Assembly: GCA_002245135.1 (NCBI GenBank)
Contig: NGBS01001185.1
Location: forward strand, 62,001-126,000
Source: Proteromonas lacertae
Lineage: Eukaryota
Length of the DNA stretch: 64,000 nt
Direction: 5' to 3'
Part shown: positions 52,001 through 64,000 of the stretch, one piece after another
How the letters are laid out: each line of letters begins with the position of its first letter
Position numbering within the stretch: the stretch's first letter is position 1
Notes under the pieces: generated by a model
Seen by the model: only the letters and a program-made list of their open reading frames with translations
The model's database searches: none
Told to the model about the DNA's origin: nothing
Program-made: the position numbers and the translations under genes

Positions 52001-55000
52001 ATGGAAAAGAAGTAAGTGGAATATTTGTGAAAGGAAATGAATATGAATTTTTATCAACTGCATCTACTGATCATACTATATATGAAGGTTTATTATTTGG
52101 TAATGCCATAGATTTAATAATATCTTACAGTTATAGTGATGTAAATAAAGTGAATATTAATAGCAACAATGGTATTAGCCACAGTCTCACAATCGCTCAT
52201 TCTACTGCTGAATCTACTTTCGTAAGATTGTTTAGATGTTTTGCAATAGTTCGAGAAATGGCAAATGTTGAATCCCAAGATTGGACATTCTTTGGTCCAT
52301 TTATTAGTAGAAGTAAAAATCCAGTTTATGTAGATGAATGTTTTAATGATATAAAATTTGGTATAATAAGTGGAAAAATGGATGTAGTTGGATTTAGAGG
52401 TCATTATGAAGATAATGGTGATAATGCAAAAGTAGAAATATCAAATAGTTATAGTAATTGGTTATTTACTGAATCCACTAAAGAATTATATCATGATTCA
52501 ATTGTTATAAATTGTATATCCAAATTTGCACATAGTAGTTCAACAATAAAGAATGTATATGTTTCAATAACAGTTAGTTCTGATGAAGTAACATTGGGTA
52601 AAGTAGTAAAAGTAGGTGAAGGAAGTGATATTATGATGAACAAAGCTTACATTCAAAGACCAGATAGAATTAATGTTAATGGAATTGGTTCAGTAGAAAT
52701 ACTTGATGAAACATCTGATATAAAAGAAAAGCCATATAAATATTTGAATGGATTCTTTACAAAAGATAGGAAAATATATTATTCCACAATGCCAAGATAT
52801 GATGAAAACAGTAAAAGAATAATAGATGAATATGGAATATTAGAAAATGTTGATATATCATTAGATGAAAATTCATATCCACATTATAATAAAGTAAAAT
52901 CTGTTTGGTATAGAAATGAGATAAGTTTAAATCCAATATATAAAGATGATTTGAGAGATAGTTATAAATTATATTTGTTGCTGAAAGATATAAAAGATGA
53001 ATCTAAGAATGTAATAATATCATCATCTAGTGATTGTATTAATTCAGAAAGTATAAGTGTGAAAAGTTGGTCAACAAGTGAATCTTCAATTAAATCAATA
53101 AGTGAAAAAATAAATAAAGAGAGTTGTAGTATGAATTCTTATAAGAAAATAAGTTATGAAATAAGTGGAATAAGTACAGGAGAATCTGAGATAGTGGAAT
53201 TAGTGAATAAAGAAGTAACTCCATCCTATACAGTTAGTTACAAAGATTATGTCGAAGAGAACAGTGAATTTAATATGATATTTAGTTTACCTTATCCATC
53301 TGAAATAGTAGTAAGTGGAAGTGAAATAATTGTAATGAAATCGTTAGAAAATGTGAAATATTTACCTCATGAATATGAATCAAAATTAGTGTTAAATGTA
53401 GGAAATGTTGAAAATGAAGTGAATGAGAAAGTGAATATTTGTGTAAAATCTCCTTTTGCCTATGGTGAAGAAAGTGGAAAATGTTTTGATTTGACAGTGA
53501 AAATTCAGACTGGAGATCCTAGTAAACCAACCACTTCTCCACCAACCACAGTAAAGCCAACAACACAAACACCAACAACCATTAAACCCACAACTCAAAC
53601 ACCAACCACAGTAAAGCCAACAACACAAACACCAACAACCATTAAACCAACCACTGTTAAACCTACTACATTACCACCAGGAAATAATTTTTATGAAATT
53701 ATTACTCAAGATAAAGATGAAATTGTTCTTGATAAATCATATATAGTTGAAATGAAAGATTGGATAATTCCACCAATTGAGAATATAAAATTCACAAAAT
53801 TAATAGGAAAAGGTGATGAAACCAAGATAATATTAAGATTTGATACAAAGGTTGATGAAGTTAAAAAAATTCAATTATTTAATGATTTAGATGGCAAAGT
53901 TTTAGAACATCTTCATTTCGTAATAGAATCTTCACCATCTGAAAATACATTAAAATTAAACCCAAATGGAATATTTTCAAAGATATCAAACAGTTATTTA
54001 TATGATATAGAATTGAAAATAGATTACAATATTGAAATGAATCAAAATGAAGATAAAACTTTTGGTTTATTGAGTAACTCAATGGAGAATATGATAATGA
54101 TTCATGTAGGAATATATTTTGAAGGAAAAATATCAATAAATACAAATGACAGAACAATATTAGTATTTGGCTTAATAAGTGGAAGTATATCAAATGGTGA
54201 TGGAAAAGAAGTAAGTGGAATATTTGTGAAAGGAAATGAATATGAATTTTTATCAACTGCATCTACTGATCATACTATATATGAAGGTTTATTATTTGGT
54301 AATGCCATAGATTTAATAATATCTTACAGTTATAGTGATGTAAATAAAGTGAATATTAATAGCAACAATGGTATTAGCCACAGTCTCACAATCGCTCATT
54401 CTACTGCTGAATCTACTTTCGTAAGATTGTTTAGATGTTTTGCAATAGTTCGAGAAATGGCAAATGTTGAATCCCAAGATTGGACATTCTTTGGTCCATT
54501 TATTAGTAGAAGTAAAAATCCAGTTTATGTAGATGAATGTTTTAATGATATAAAATTTGGTATAATAAGTGGAAAAATGGATGTAGTTGGATTTAGAGGT
54601 CATTATGAAGATAATGGTGATAATGCAAAAGTAGAAATATCAAATAGTTATAGTAATTGGTTATTTACTGAATCCACTAAAGAATTATATCATGATTCAA
54701 TTGTTATAAATTGTATATCCAAATTTGCACATAGTAGTTCAACAATAAAGAATGTATATGTTTCAATAACAGTTAGTTCTGATGAAGTAACATTGGGTAA
54801 AGTAGTAAAAGTAGGTGAAGGAAGTGATATTATGATGAACAAAGCTTACATTCAAAGACCAGATAGAATTAATGTTAATGGAATTGGTTCAGTAGAAATA
54901 CTTGATGAAACATCTGATATAAAAGAAAAGCCATATAAATATTTGAATGGATTCTTTACAAAAGATAGGAAAATATATTATTCCACAATGCCAAGATATG

Positions 55001-57291
55001 ATGAAAACAGTAAAAGAATAATAGATGAATATGGAATATTAGAAAATGTTGATATATCATTAGATGAAAATTCATATCCACATTATAATAAAGTAAAATC
55101 TGTTTGGTATAGAAATGAGATAAGTTTAAATCCAATATATAAAGATGATTTGAGAGATAGTTATAAATTATATTTGTTGCTGAAAGATATAAAAGATGAA
55201 TCTAAGAATGTAATAATATCATCATCTAGTGATTGTATTAATTCAGAAAGTATAAGTGTGAAAAGTTGGTCAACAAGTGAATCTTCAATTAAATCAATAA
55301 GTGAAAAAATAAATAAAGAGAGTTGTAGTATGAATTCTTATAAGAAAATAAGTTATGAAATAAGTGGAATAAGTACAGGAGAATCTGAGATAGTGGAATT
55401 AGTGAATAAAGAAGTAACTCCATCCTATACAGTTAGTTACAAAGATTATGTCGAAGAGAACAGTGAATTTAATATGATATTTAGTTTACCTTATCCATCT
55501 GAAATAGTAGTAAGTGGAAGTGAAATAATTGTAATGAAATCGTTAGAAAATGTGAAATATTTACCTCATGAATATGAATCAAAATTAGTGTTAAATGTAG
55601 GAAATGTTGAAAATGAAGTGAATGATAAAGTGAATATTTGTGTAAAATCTCCATTTGCCTATGGTGAAGAAAGTGGAAAATGTTTTGATTTGACAGTGAA
55701 AATTCAGACTGGAGATCCTAGTAAACCAACCACTTCTCCACCAACCACTGTTAAACCAACAACACAAACACCAACCACAGTAAAGCCAACCACTCAAACA
55801 CCAACAACCATTAAACCCACAACTCAAACACCAACCACTGTTAAACCCACAACTCAAACACCAACCACTGTTAAACCCACAACACAAACACCAACAACTG
55901 TAAAACCAACCACTCAAACACCTACTACTGTAAAACCAACCACTCAAACACCTACTACTGTTAAACCAACAACAATGAAACCAACAACAAATCAGCCAAC
56001 AACTGTCATTCCAACTACTGAATCTCCATCTACTACAACAATATATGAAACTGGAACAATAGAAACATCAATTCCAACTACTTTAATACCAACAACTGTA
56101 ATTCCAACAACACCAAAACCGATTGAAAGAATATCAATTGAAATAAGACTTTCTAATATTGCAAATACAACCACAACACCTGAATTAAATGAAAATGATA
56201 AAAACATATTAAAAGACTCAATAATTGAAATCTATAAGAATGGTGGTATAACATTAAGAAAAGAAGATATTGAAATAATTGTGAATAATCGACGAATGTT
56301 ATTGCGAGGTTTAGAAAATGATATGAAAATCGAAGTAATAGTAACAGTTCCAGAAGAATCAACAAAAACTGTAATTCTTGAAATTGCAAACGGATTAATG
56401 AAAGACAATTCCAAAGAATTGAATGAAGAAATCAAAACCAAAGCTGAATCTGTAGAAGATTCAATATTCAAAGAAATTGAAGTTGAAGTAACAAAAGTAG
56501 AAGAAAAGAATTATCCAACAGCAAAACCTAGTATTGGAGGAGATGGAGATAAATCTGAAAGTGATGGATTACCGTTAGGTGCATTGATTGGAATAATCGC
56601 AGGTGGAGTAGTAGTATTGGTGTTATTAATAGTTGGATTTATGTTATGTCGAAGTCGAAAATCTGAATCTCATCCATCCAAATCTAAATCCAAACCAGCA
56701 GCAAAACCTAAAAAGCCAATAGCTGGAAAAGGAGTGAAAGCTAGTGGTAAATCTGATCCAGCTGGTGCAAATATAGAATTACCAAAAATAGTAGAAGAAA
56801 AGAAAGAAGAAATAAAGAAAGAAGAAGTAAAGAAAGAAGAAGAAAAGCCAAAAGAAGAAGAAAAACCAAAAGATGAAGAAAAACCAAAAGATGAAATAAA
56901 GCCAAAAGAAGAAAAGAAAGAAGAAGTAAAGAAAGAAGAAGTAAAACCAAAAGAAGAAGAAAAACCAAAAGAAGAAAAGAAAGAAGAAGAAATAAAGCCA
57001 AAAGATGAAAAGAAAGAAGAAGAAGTAAAACCAAAAGAAGAAGTAAAGAAAGAAGAAGAAAAACCAAAAGAAGAAATAAAGCCAAAAGAAGAAGAAAAGA
57101 AAGAAGTGAAACCACATCCAAGAAAAACAGGAAGTAAAGCTAATCGAAAGAGAAGTGGAAGTGGTTCAAGTTATTCTTCAAGTTACAGTGGAAGTTATTC
57201 ATCCAGTTATAGTGGAAGTGAAAGTGAAAGTGAAAAACCAAAAGAAGTGAAAACAACTCCACCTGCTATTCCCGAAAGAAAAGAAGCATAA
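46052..57291 (+). CDS. Giant type I surface protein (~3700 aa): galactose-binding-like domains, HRM-like modules, putative Ig (He_PIG-like) domain, three ~730-aa modules, mucin stalk, TM helix, KE tail
   Basis: ATG at 46052 and intron 46086-46116. ORFs 46110..51173 and 51151..57291 are separated by one extra G at ~51153 that is absent from the two later repeat copies (GAAAATGTGAAA). Confidence 0.85.
50503..55750 (+). repeat. Near-perfect 2199-bp tandem repeat, about 2.4 copies, in frame (733 aa)
   Basis: Identical text and identical shadow ORFs offset by 2199 (51193/53392, 51680/53879, 52114/54313). Confidence 0.95.
55725..56120 (+). repeat. 30-bp coding repeat (PTTVKPTTQT)n, mucin-like stalk
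   Basis: Tandem units such as CCAACCACTGTTAAACCCACAACTCAAACA. Confidence 0.9.
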
Positions 57292-57371
57292 AATATATTA
57301 TCATACTTCACTCATGAATTTTTATTGTTTTATTGGTTTTGAACTAGAATATTTTAATTCTATATTATATT

Positions 57372-58376
57372 CAGTGTTGTATTTTTCGGTCAAAAAATAT
57401 AGGTTTACCTATAGGTCAAAACCTATATCTTTAGCTTGACCTTTACCTTCCTTATACTAACTATTAGTTGACCTCCTATTGAGCATGAGTTAAGAAGCAT
57501 ATAATCTAACCATATATACAAAATTAATGTTTTATACATCATCTTTCAAATATCAAATTTGACAGTCGGTTGATTCACTTTTTATATTACTATTATTTTG
57601 ATCTATTTCTCAATGATGACTCACAATAACATATTATTAACATAATATTAAATTAATTATAGAATAAGAAAAAAGAAAAGAAAAAAACATCAAGCTTGAT
57701 GGTTTGACTAAGCAAATCTTTATTTTTTAAGATTTAGATCATTTAGATGTATAATTACTCAATATTTATAAGACTTTATAATATATGAAACTATAGGGAT
57801 ATCACATTACCTCCTATCGCATCAAAAGAGTTGTGCATTTATTCAATTGCTGTATGTTAGAGAAGTAACATTTTAACTACTCCAAAATGTTTTGGAAAAA
57901 CATGTTAAAAATCAAAGATACTGATTTATATTGCTCATTTATTATACATCTAAATATTTCATCAGAACATATGGAAGAGAAATCATTAATATCCAGAAAT
58001 AGAGATTTATTATTATAATTACATTAATATTTGTTTTTTAGAGATAGTAATCAATATAAATTAATCATCAAAATAACAAGTTGTTTATAAATATGTTAAA
58101 TATCACTATTGAGTAGTTTGTAGATGAATTTTAATATATCAGAATAGATATTTTTACAATTTCAACCAATCTTATTCTAACTATAGTAACTAAAGTAAAA
58201 CAAGAAGCAGGAATAATTTTTTATATAGTATGATAGTTTGTATTAAACAAATGTTACTCAGTAAGTAATTAAAATAGATTTTAACAAAATAATGCTCGAG
58301 GTTTGACTGACCAACGGTCAAAGCTAGATTATAGGTTTTACCTATAACCTATAGGTTACCTATTTATACAACCCTG
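57372..58376. mobile_element. Non-autonomous hAT-type DNA transposon, 1005 bp
   Basis: Terminal inverted repeats CAGTGTTGTAT / ATACAACCCTG (10 of 11 match); exact 8-bp flanking duplication ATTATATT at 57364-57371 and 58377-58384; subterminal ACCTATA/TATAGGT repeats at both ends; no intact ORF. Confidence 0.85.
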
Positions 58377-58419
58377 ATTATATTCATCAAAAAAAAAATA
58401 GTAAATAAAAACCCTAACA

Positions 58420-59745
58420 GAAATAGGTAATTTCCAGTTTAAACACATTATCAAATGAATTTTCTACCTATCTTTTCAGTTATAAATAATTGCAGTATTG
58501 GATCACTACTGAAATCAATTGCTTCTCTTTTTTCTAATTCCTTCTAAAATCGAACATTAAACTTCTCCATTCCTTGAATCTTTGATAAACCAATTATTTC
58601 ATTCCAACTTTTATCACTTAACCATTTTGGTTCTTTTGTTACTGGATTGGATTCTTTTAATGTCAAAGCAGTATTACTTGTTAATAAATATTTAAAGGCA
58701 GCTGGATCTAATTCATTATTGATTAACAATATCTTTGTACATAATAAGAACGAGATTAATAACTTATCTTTTTCAAATAAAGATCGACATACATTCTCAT
58801 CTAATATATAAGTGAATGTATTATCCAAACTATTCAATCGATCTTTGATTTTATTAGTTCTTACAGCTTTATCAATTGATAATAAGAATAGATTAATATA
58901 CCAATCCAATGAATATTGATACATTGGCTCAATACCAGTTAAATCAGAAATACAGAAGATTAAAGCTTATGCTCTTTCTGCTACTGGAATATAACTTGTT
59001 CGAACATGGGATATTTGTTGTTGTGTTGCTTTGGCACTCTTTACATCTACCATAATCTCATTGGAGGTTTGTTTGGATTTGGCTAAAGTATCAATCAACT
59101 TTTCATCTTCTAATATATATAACCTTCAGATGAAGCTAATAAATGTAAAATTTGATCTTCAATATCTTTCAATGTCTTTTTATATTCGGCATCTTTCATT
59201 AACAATTCGACTCATCTTCCTTCTAATTCTCTTTGTTCTTTTCCTACTAATATACCTAATAATTGATCTTGTAAACCTTCTTGAGTTGTCATAAAGTTCA
59301 ATAAATTCACTTTTACACAAGTTTCAGGTGGATAATGTGGATTTTTAATCATATCATTATATATAATCGGAATTTTTCATCATAATTTACTATATTATCA
59401 TCTAACGATTAGCTTGTCCTTGAGGATCTATCATTAATGGCTATCTATCTGAATTTCTTAACATTATGCCATTCTCTTATGGCTATTGTATATCCTAATA
59501 TAATAACTAATGAATAACTTGTTAACTAGCTCAGTAATCAGTTCGTCGACTAGTTTTTCTAAATCTTCTTTCTTTTTTATTATGTTTTCTAATTCTTCTT
59601 ATAAGGGTTGTACTTGATCAACTAATTCTTTCAATTCACCTCGTTTAGTGGTTAATTGACCTTCGGCTTTCACTTTTGTAGTTTGAGCTTTTTCTAAGGT
59701 TTATCTCTTTGGTACTATTACTTCCTTAATATCATAATATCTCTT
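58420..59745 (-). pseudogene. Axonemal dynein heavy chain fragment (stalk to AAA5 and following region) with stops and deletions
   Basis: VPKR*TL, ENGIML..R*PLMIDPQGQANR*, NPHYPPETCVKVNLLNF..GLQDQLL, IEDQIL.LL.SSEG.ILEDE.LI, MYQYSLDWYINLF, NVCRSLFEKDKLL. Confidence 0.9.
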
Positions 59746-59934
59746 GTTATTATTATAAATAGTTATTTAAACAAATCATCTGATTATGAAACTATTTACA
59801 ATATCATAAATCCAATAATGTAACACATTGATTGACTAATTATTTCTTTAAAATTCTTTATATTTATAATACATAAACAAAATGAATGATTTTAAAGAGA
59901 TTTGATTGGATGGCTTGATTGATTCAAATTTATT

Positions 59935-62900
59935 ATGAATGAAAATCAGACAGCAAAGCTTAATAAAAAATACCATAGACCAAAGAATGAAGAGTTAAAA
60001 ATGGATGAGGGTGAAACAGTTGGTGAAAATCATCGTCAAGTTGAAAATAATCAACAGAATAAGATAGAAACTACGTAAACATAGATTATAATATTGTGAA
60101 TAGGTTAAATCCGAGTAAGAGAAAATTTGACGAGATAAATTCACCTCCTCTTGAAGGTGTTGGCACGAAGAGGAAGTAAATATAAAATATTATATAGTTT
60201 ATAGGGAAGAGGTAAAAAAGATAAAACTTTCTGTAATTGCTCCTAATGGTAGTGAAATTAATCCTAGTAACAAAACAAAGTAAGGCTAAAACATTTTATT
60301 ATTTATAGACAATTAGATCATGATGGTAATAATTACCCACAAACAAAAATAAAACATGGTGTAGAAATAATTAACGATAGTACATTAGAGGTAAATGCTG
60401 GTAGAAATAAAATAGGTGGTGATTTATTGTCAAACAATACAAGTGTTGGATTATTGTCAAACAATACAAGTGTTGGATTAATGTCAAACAATACAAGTGT
60501 TGGATTAATGTCAAACAATACAAGTGTTGGATTAATGTCAAGCAATACAAGTGTTGGATTAATGTCAAGCAATACAAATGGTGGATTAATGTCAAGCAAT
60601 ACAAATGGTGGATTAATGTCAAACAATACAAATATTGGATTAATGTCAAGCAATACAAATGGTGGATTAATGTCAAACAATACAAATATTGGATTAATGT
60701 CAAGCAATATAAATGGTGGATTAATGTCAAACAATACAAATGGTGGATTAATGTCAAACAATATAAATGGTGGATTAATGTCAAACAATACAAATGGTGG
60801 ATTAATGTCAAACAATACAAATGGTGGATCATTTTCGAGAAATACAAATATTCCAATTTCTTTTCCATTAGCTGGTGTTGATATAAATAAAGAAGATGCT
60901 TTCATCAGAATAGTAAATTCTTTAAAATTAAATGTAGATAATGGTATAGAGTTGTTAGAGTTTGATGAATCTGTAAATGTATTTCAATTCCCCAGAAAGA
61001 GAATTCTTATTAGAGAATGTTATAAACAAATGTTTAGACATATTTGTTTATTATTATCAAATATTCCTGAGCAGAATATAACAATAGAAGGACAACCAGG
61101 TATAGGAAAGACTTCCTTCATTTATGCATTATTATACTTTTTAAAAACAAATTTATGTAAAGAATATACTGAAGAGCAGAAGAATAACTTAAAGATTCAA
61201 GGATATACACATGAAATGTCTGTCATGGATGAAATAATAAGAAAATATGATAAAGAAAATGAACCAAGAATAAGAAAATTGAATGAAGAAATCGAAAATT
61301 TAACAAAAGAAAACAATAAAAAGAATATAAATGAAAATGATATTACAGAAGTAAACAATATTTGTGAAGATTTGAAAAGTATAACAGAAGATACATTTGG
61401 ATATGATAAATTCATTAATGAGAATAAAACTGAATGTGATAACATTATGAATAGTTTGAATAACGATAACAATAGAGTTATAAAACATTGTAATGGTAAG
61501 ATTATACAAAAATTGAACGAAATTATAGAATTATTATTACCATCAGGAAGACTTAGTAAATTCCTTTCTTCAAAAGATGTTACCATCGATGTAAAAAAAA
61601 TAGATGAATATTGTTGTTACATTATGAATAGAAATGATAGACTTAATACATTGAAAATAGAACAATACAAGGATATGACATTGGTTGGATATGCCTTGAT
61701 AAGTATAATATTAGATAAATTAAATGAGATTAATAAAATATTATTAGAAAAAGAAGTAAATCAATACAATGTTTATAAACTACGAAAAGAAATAATGATA
61801 ATTGATGAACTTAATAATACAAAGAATGACATGAAAAGAAAATTACAAAATAATCAAGACAGGATTAATGAAATAAAAAAGTCAAAGCATAATAAAAAAA
61901 TGAATATTATGGAAAGACTAGAATATATTATAAATAGGTATAGTAGATTAAGTGAAGAGCAAAAAGCAGAAGTAGATAAAGTAAAGTATGAATCACTTAT
62001 AAATATTGAAAGAAAGATTGGTGAATTAGAAACTAGTGAAATAGAATTGAAAATTGGATTTAATCATTACATATTTGAAGGTAGGTGGAGAAATAGACCA
62101 ATATATGTGATGAAAGGGAAAAAGAATGGATCTTATAAGGATGAAAGAATTTATGAATTTAAATATGATGAGAGTAAAAATGATTACATTCTAGTGAAAC
62201 GTGAAATGACAATTGAAGATATTGTAAATATAACAGAATCAATAATAATAGTTGATACAATTAATTATGAGCAAATTGGGATAAGAAATGCAATTATCTC
62301 AATTAGTTCACCAGATAGTGATAATAATGATTGTTATAATGGTAGTAAAGAATTATATTTTGATTCATTAGATAATGAAGAAATAGCAGAGTGGTTTAAA
62401 GAATGTACAGATGTTAATGTTGGTAATAATATTAGAATTGATGATTATGTTAAAAGTGAAGAATTTGAAAGTATTCGTGATAGATATGGTAGTATCCCCA
62501 GACAGATTTATTTTGATTATTTATATAAAGAAAATTATGATGGTAAAGATTATTAAAAATATTATCAACAATTAATGAATAGTGTAGTTGGTACAACAGG
62601 ATTTAATGAATTTCTGAATCTATATTCAAATAGAGAGAATTTAAAAAGTAAACCATTATCCAATATATTATTAAAATATGATATGAAATTAGAATGGGAT
62701 GATGATTTAAGAGATTATATATTAAAACCAAAAAAGAATTTAAAATTCATATCTGATGATATTGAAAAATATATTATTTCCAGATTATATCCACCAAATA
62801 ATGAGATAGAGTATAAGAGTATAAGAAATAGTTATACACCTCTAAATAAGAAACCTATCAATGAAAAAACTGAAAATGATAAAAATATGGAAAAGATATG

Positions 62901-64000
62901 TCTAAAACAAATAATATCATACAAATTGAGTAAAGGAGATATTCTATTAACTAAAGGAGATTCCAATTTCGAGTATGATACTGATAAACAATTACCAGGT
63001 CATTTTCCTGTTGATGGTTTACATTCTGTTTATCATATATTGGATGAAAATAATGTGTTTGATTTAATAATGAATGGAGTGTTTATAAAAATAGTATTAA
63101 ATGATGAGACATTAGATGATGAAACAAAAATTAAGCAATCAATATATATTTATAGTTTAATAGCAATACAGTTTAAAGAAAAGTGGTAGATTTCAATATG
63201 CTATAATAAGAAACGAAGACAGAATTGAATCTTATCATCATATTACTATTTCATCTCCAAAAGATCCACCACCACAACCATCACCAACAATAGAAGATTT
63301 AGAAGTTGATGATAATAGTAATTCTGAATTGGAAGAATTAATGAAAAGATATAATATAAATGTGGGAAATATAAAACTTCCATTTCCATTATTTCATATC
63401 AAAAAAGAAGATGAAAATGAAATAGAAATATTTGCAAATAATAATGAATTGTTTTTGATGAGAAAATGTTATAATGAGATGTTGAGAATAATTGATGAAG
63501 GTTTTAAGAACAATAAAAATAGATCAAAACCACATCAAAAGACATATTTAATGCTTGGCAATAAAGGAATTGGTAAAACAGTATTAGCAGATGTTATAAT
63601 TGAACATATTAAAAAGATTTATGAAGGAAGAATAAATATAATATATAAATATCAAAATAAAAATCAAACATATGAAAAATATGTTCATACAAGTGAATAT
63701 ACAAATGAATATATTGTTGTTGGTAATGGAGCAGTAATTGGTGAAGATGATTATCCTGATGCTAAAATGATAATATTATTAGCTAATGGATCTAAAAAGG
63801 AGTATAAAACATTTCAAAGTAAAAGATGTCCACTTGTGATGTATATACCTCCATTTTCAAAAGAAGAAATAGAAAAAGTAATCCTTATCCAACATCCAAA
63901 ATACTCTAAAAATTATGAACAACATTATCTGAAGTTGAAAAATCTTGCAAATGCAGAAGAAATAAAGAAATGTGATGTTGAAAGTTATGTCAATAATATA
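59935..64000 (+). CDS. Crinkler/RHS-like protein with two P-loop NTPase modules, paralog of 35992-38937; one in-frame stop; runs off the window
   Basis: Three N-terminal introns splice in frame into ORF 60427..62556. GQPGIGKT at 61090; TAA at 62554-62556 in an otherwise collinear frame; second module GNKGIGKT at 63557 with VIGEDDYPDAKMIIL and FQSKRCPLVMYIPPF identical to the paralog. Confidence 0.7.
60424..60828 (+). repeat. 27-bp coding minisatellite, 15 copies, encoding (LMSNNTNGG/LMSNNTSVG)n
   Basis: Units such as TTAATGTCAAACAATACAAATGGTGGA, counted from the translation. Confidence 0.95.

Noticed and set aside
60333..60905. 27-bp periodic array as a CRISPR array, and its minus-strand ORFs as genes
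   Set aside because: There are no unique spacers and the context is eukaryotic. The + strand frame is continuous with a spliced gene, so the minus ORFs are shadows.
22818..64000. One large inverted duplication containing both the surface gene and the CR-like gene
   Set aside because: Gene order is not mirrored, the intervening genes are unique, and the CR paralogs are far more diverged than the shared surface-gene blocks.
1..64000. Blastocystis-type stop codons completed by polyadenylation
   Set aside because: Every gene whose 3' end I could reconstruct has a genomic stop. This cannot be excluded without 3'-end data.

Overview
This is very AT-rich (by eye about 20-25% GC), gene-dense eukaryotic nuclear DNA with many tiny GT-AG introns (mostly about 25-50 nt), so the ORF track splits most genes. 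The intron size and the Ig/galactose-binding-domain surface proteins suggest a Blastocystis/Proteromonas-type gut stramenopile, but that is inference. About 23 genes can be reconstructed. Housekeeping-type genes: SLC25A43-like carrier, ZNF598/Hel2, LIN37-like, nucleoplasmin-like protein, multi-bromodomain protein, PiT-like transporter, MRH-EGF receptor, EF-hand proteins and an Hsp70 with only the ATPase domain. Accessory content: (i) two inverted paralogous type I surface-protein genes made of near-identical and divergent blocks, one with a 2199-bp internal tandem repeat; (ii) two paralogous genes each carrying two tandem Crinkler/RHS-like P-loop modules; (iii) a 1005-bp non-autonomous hAT-type element with an exact 8-bp target site duplication; (iv) a decayed axonemal dynein heavy chain fragment; (v) two degenerate kinases. 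Many single-base frameshifts look like consensus errors. No rRNA, tRNA or CRISPR array is supported. Spliced gene boundaries were derived by hand and are approximate.
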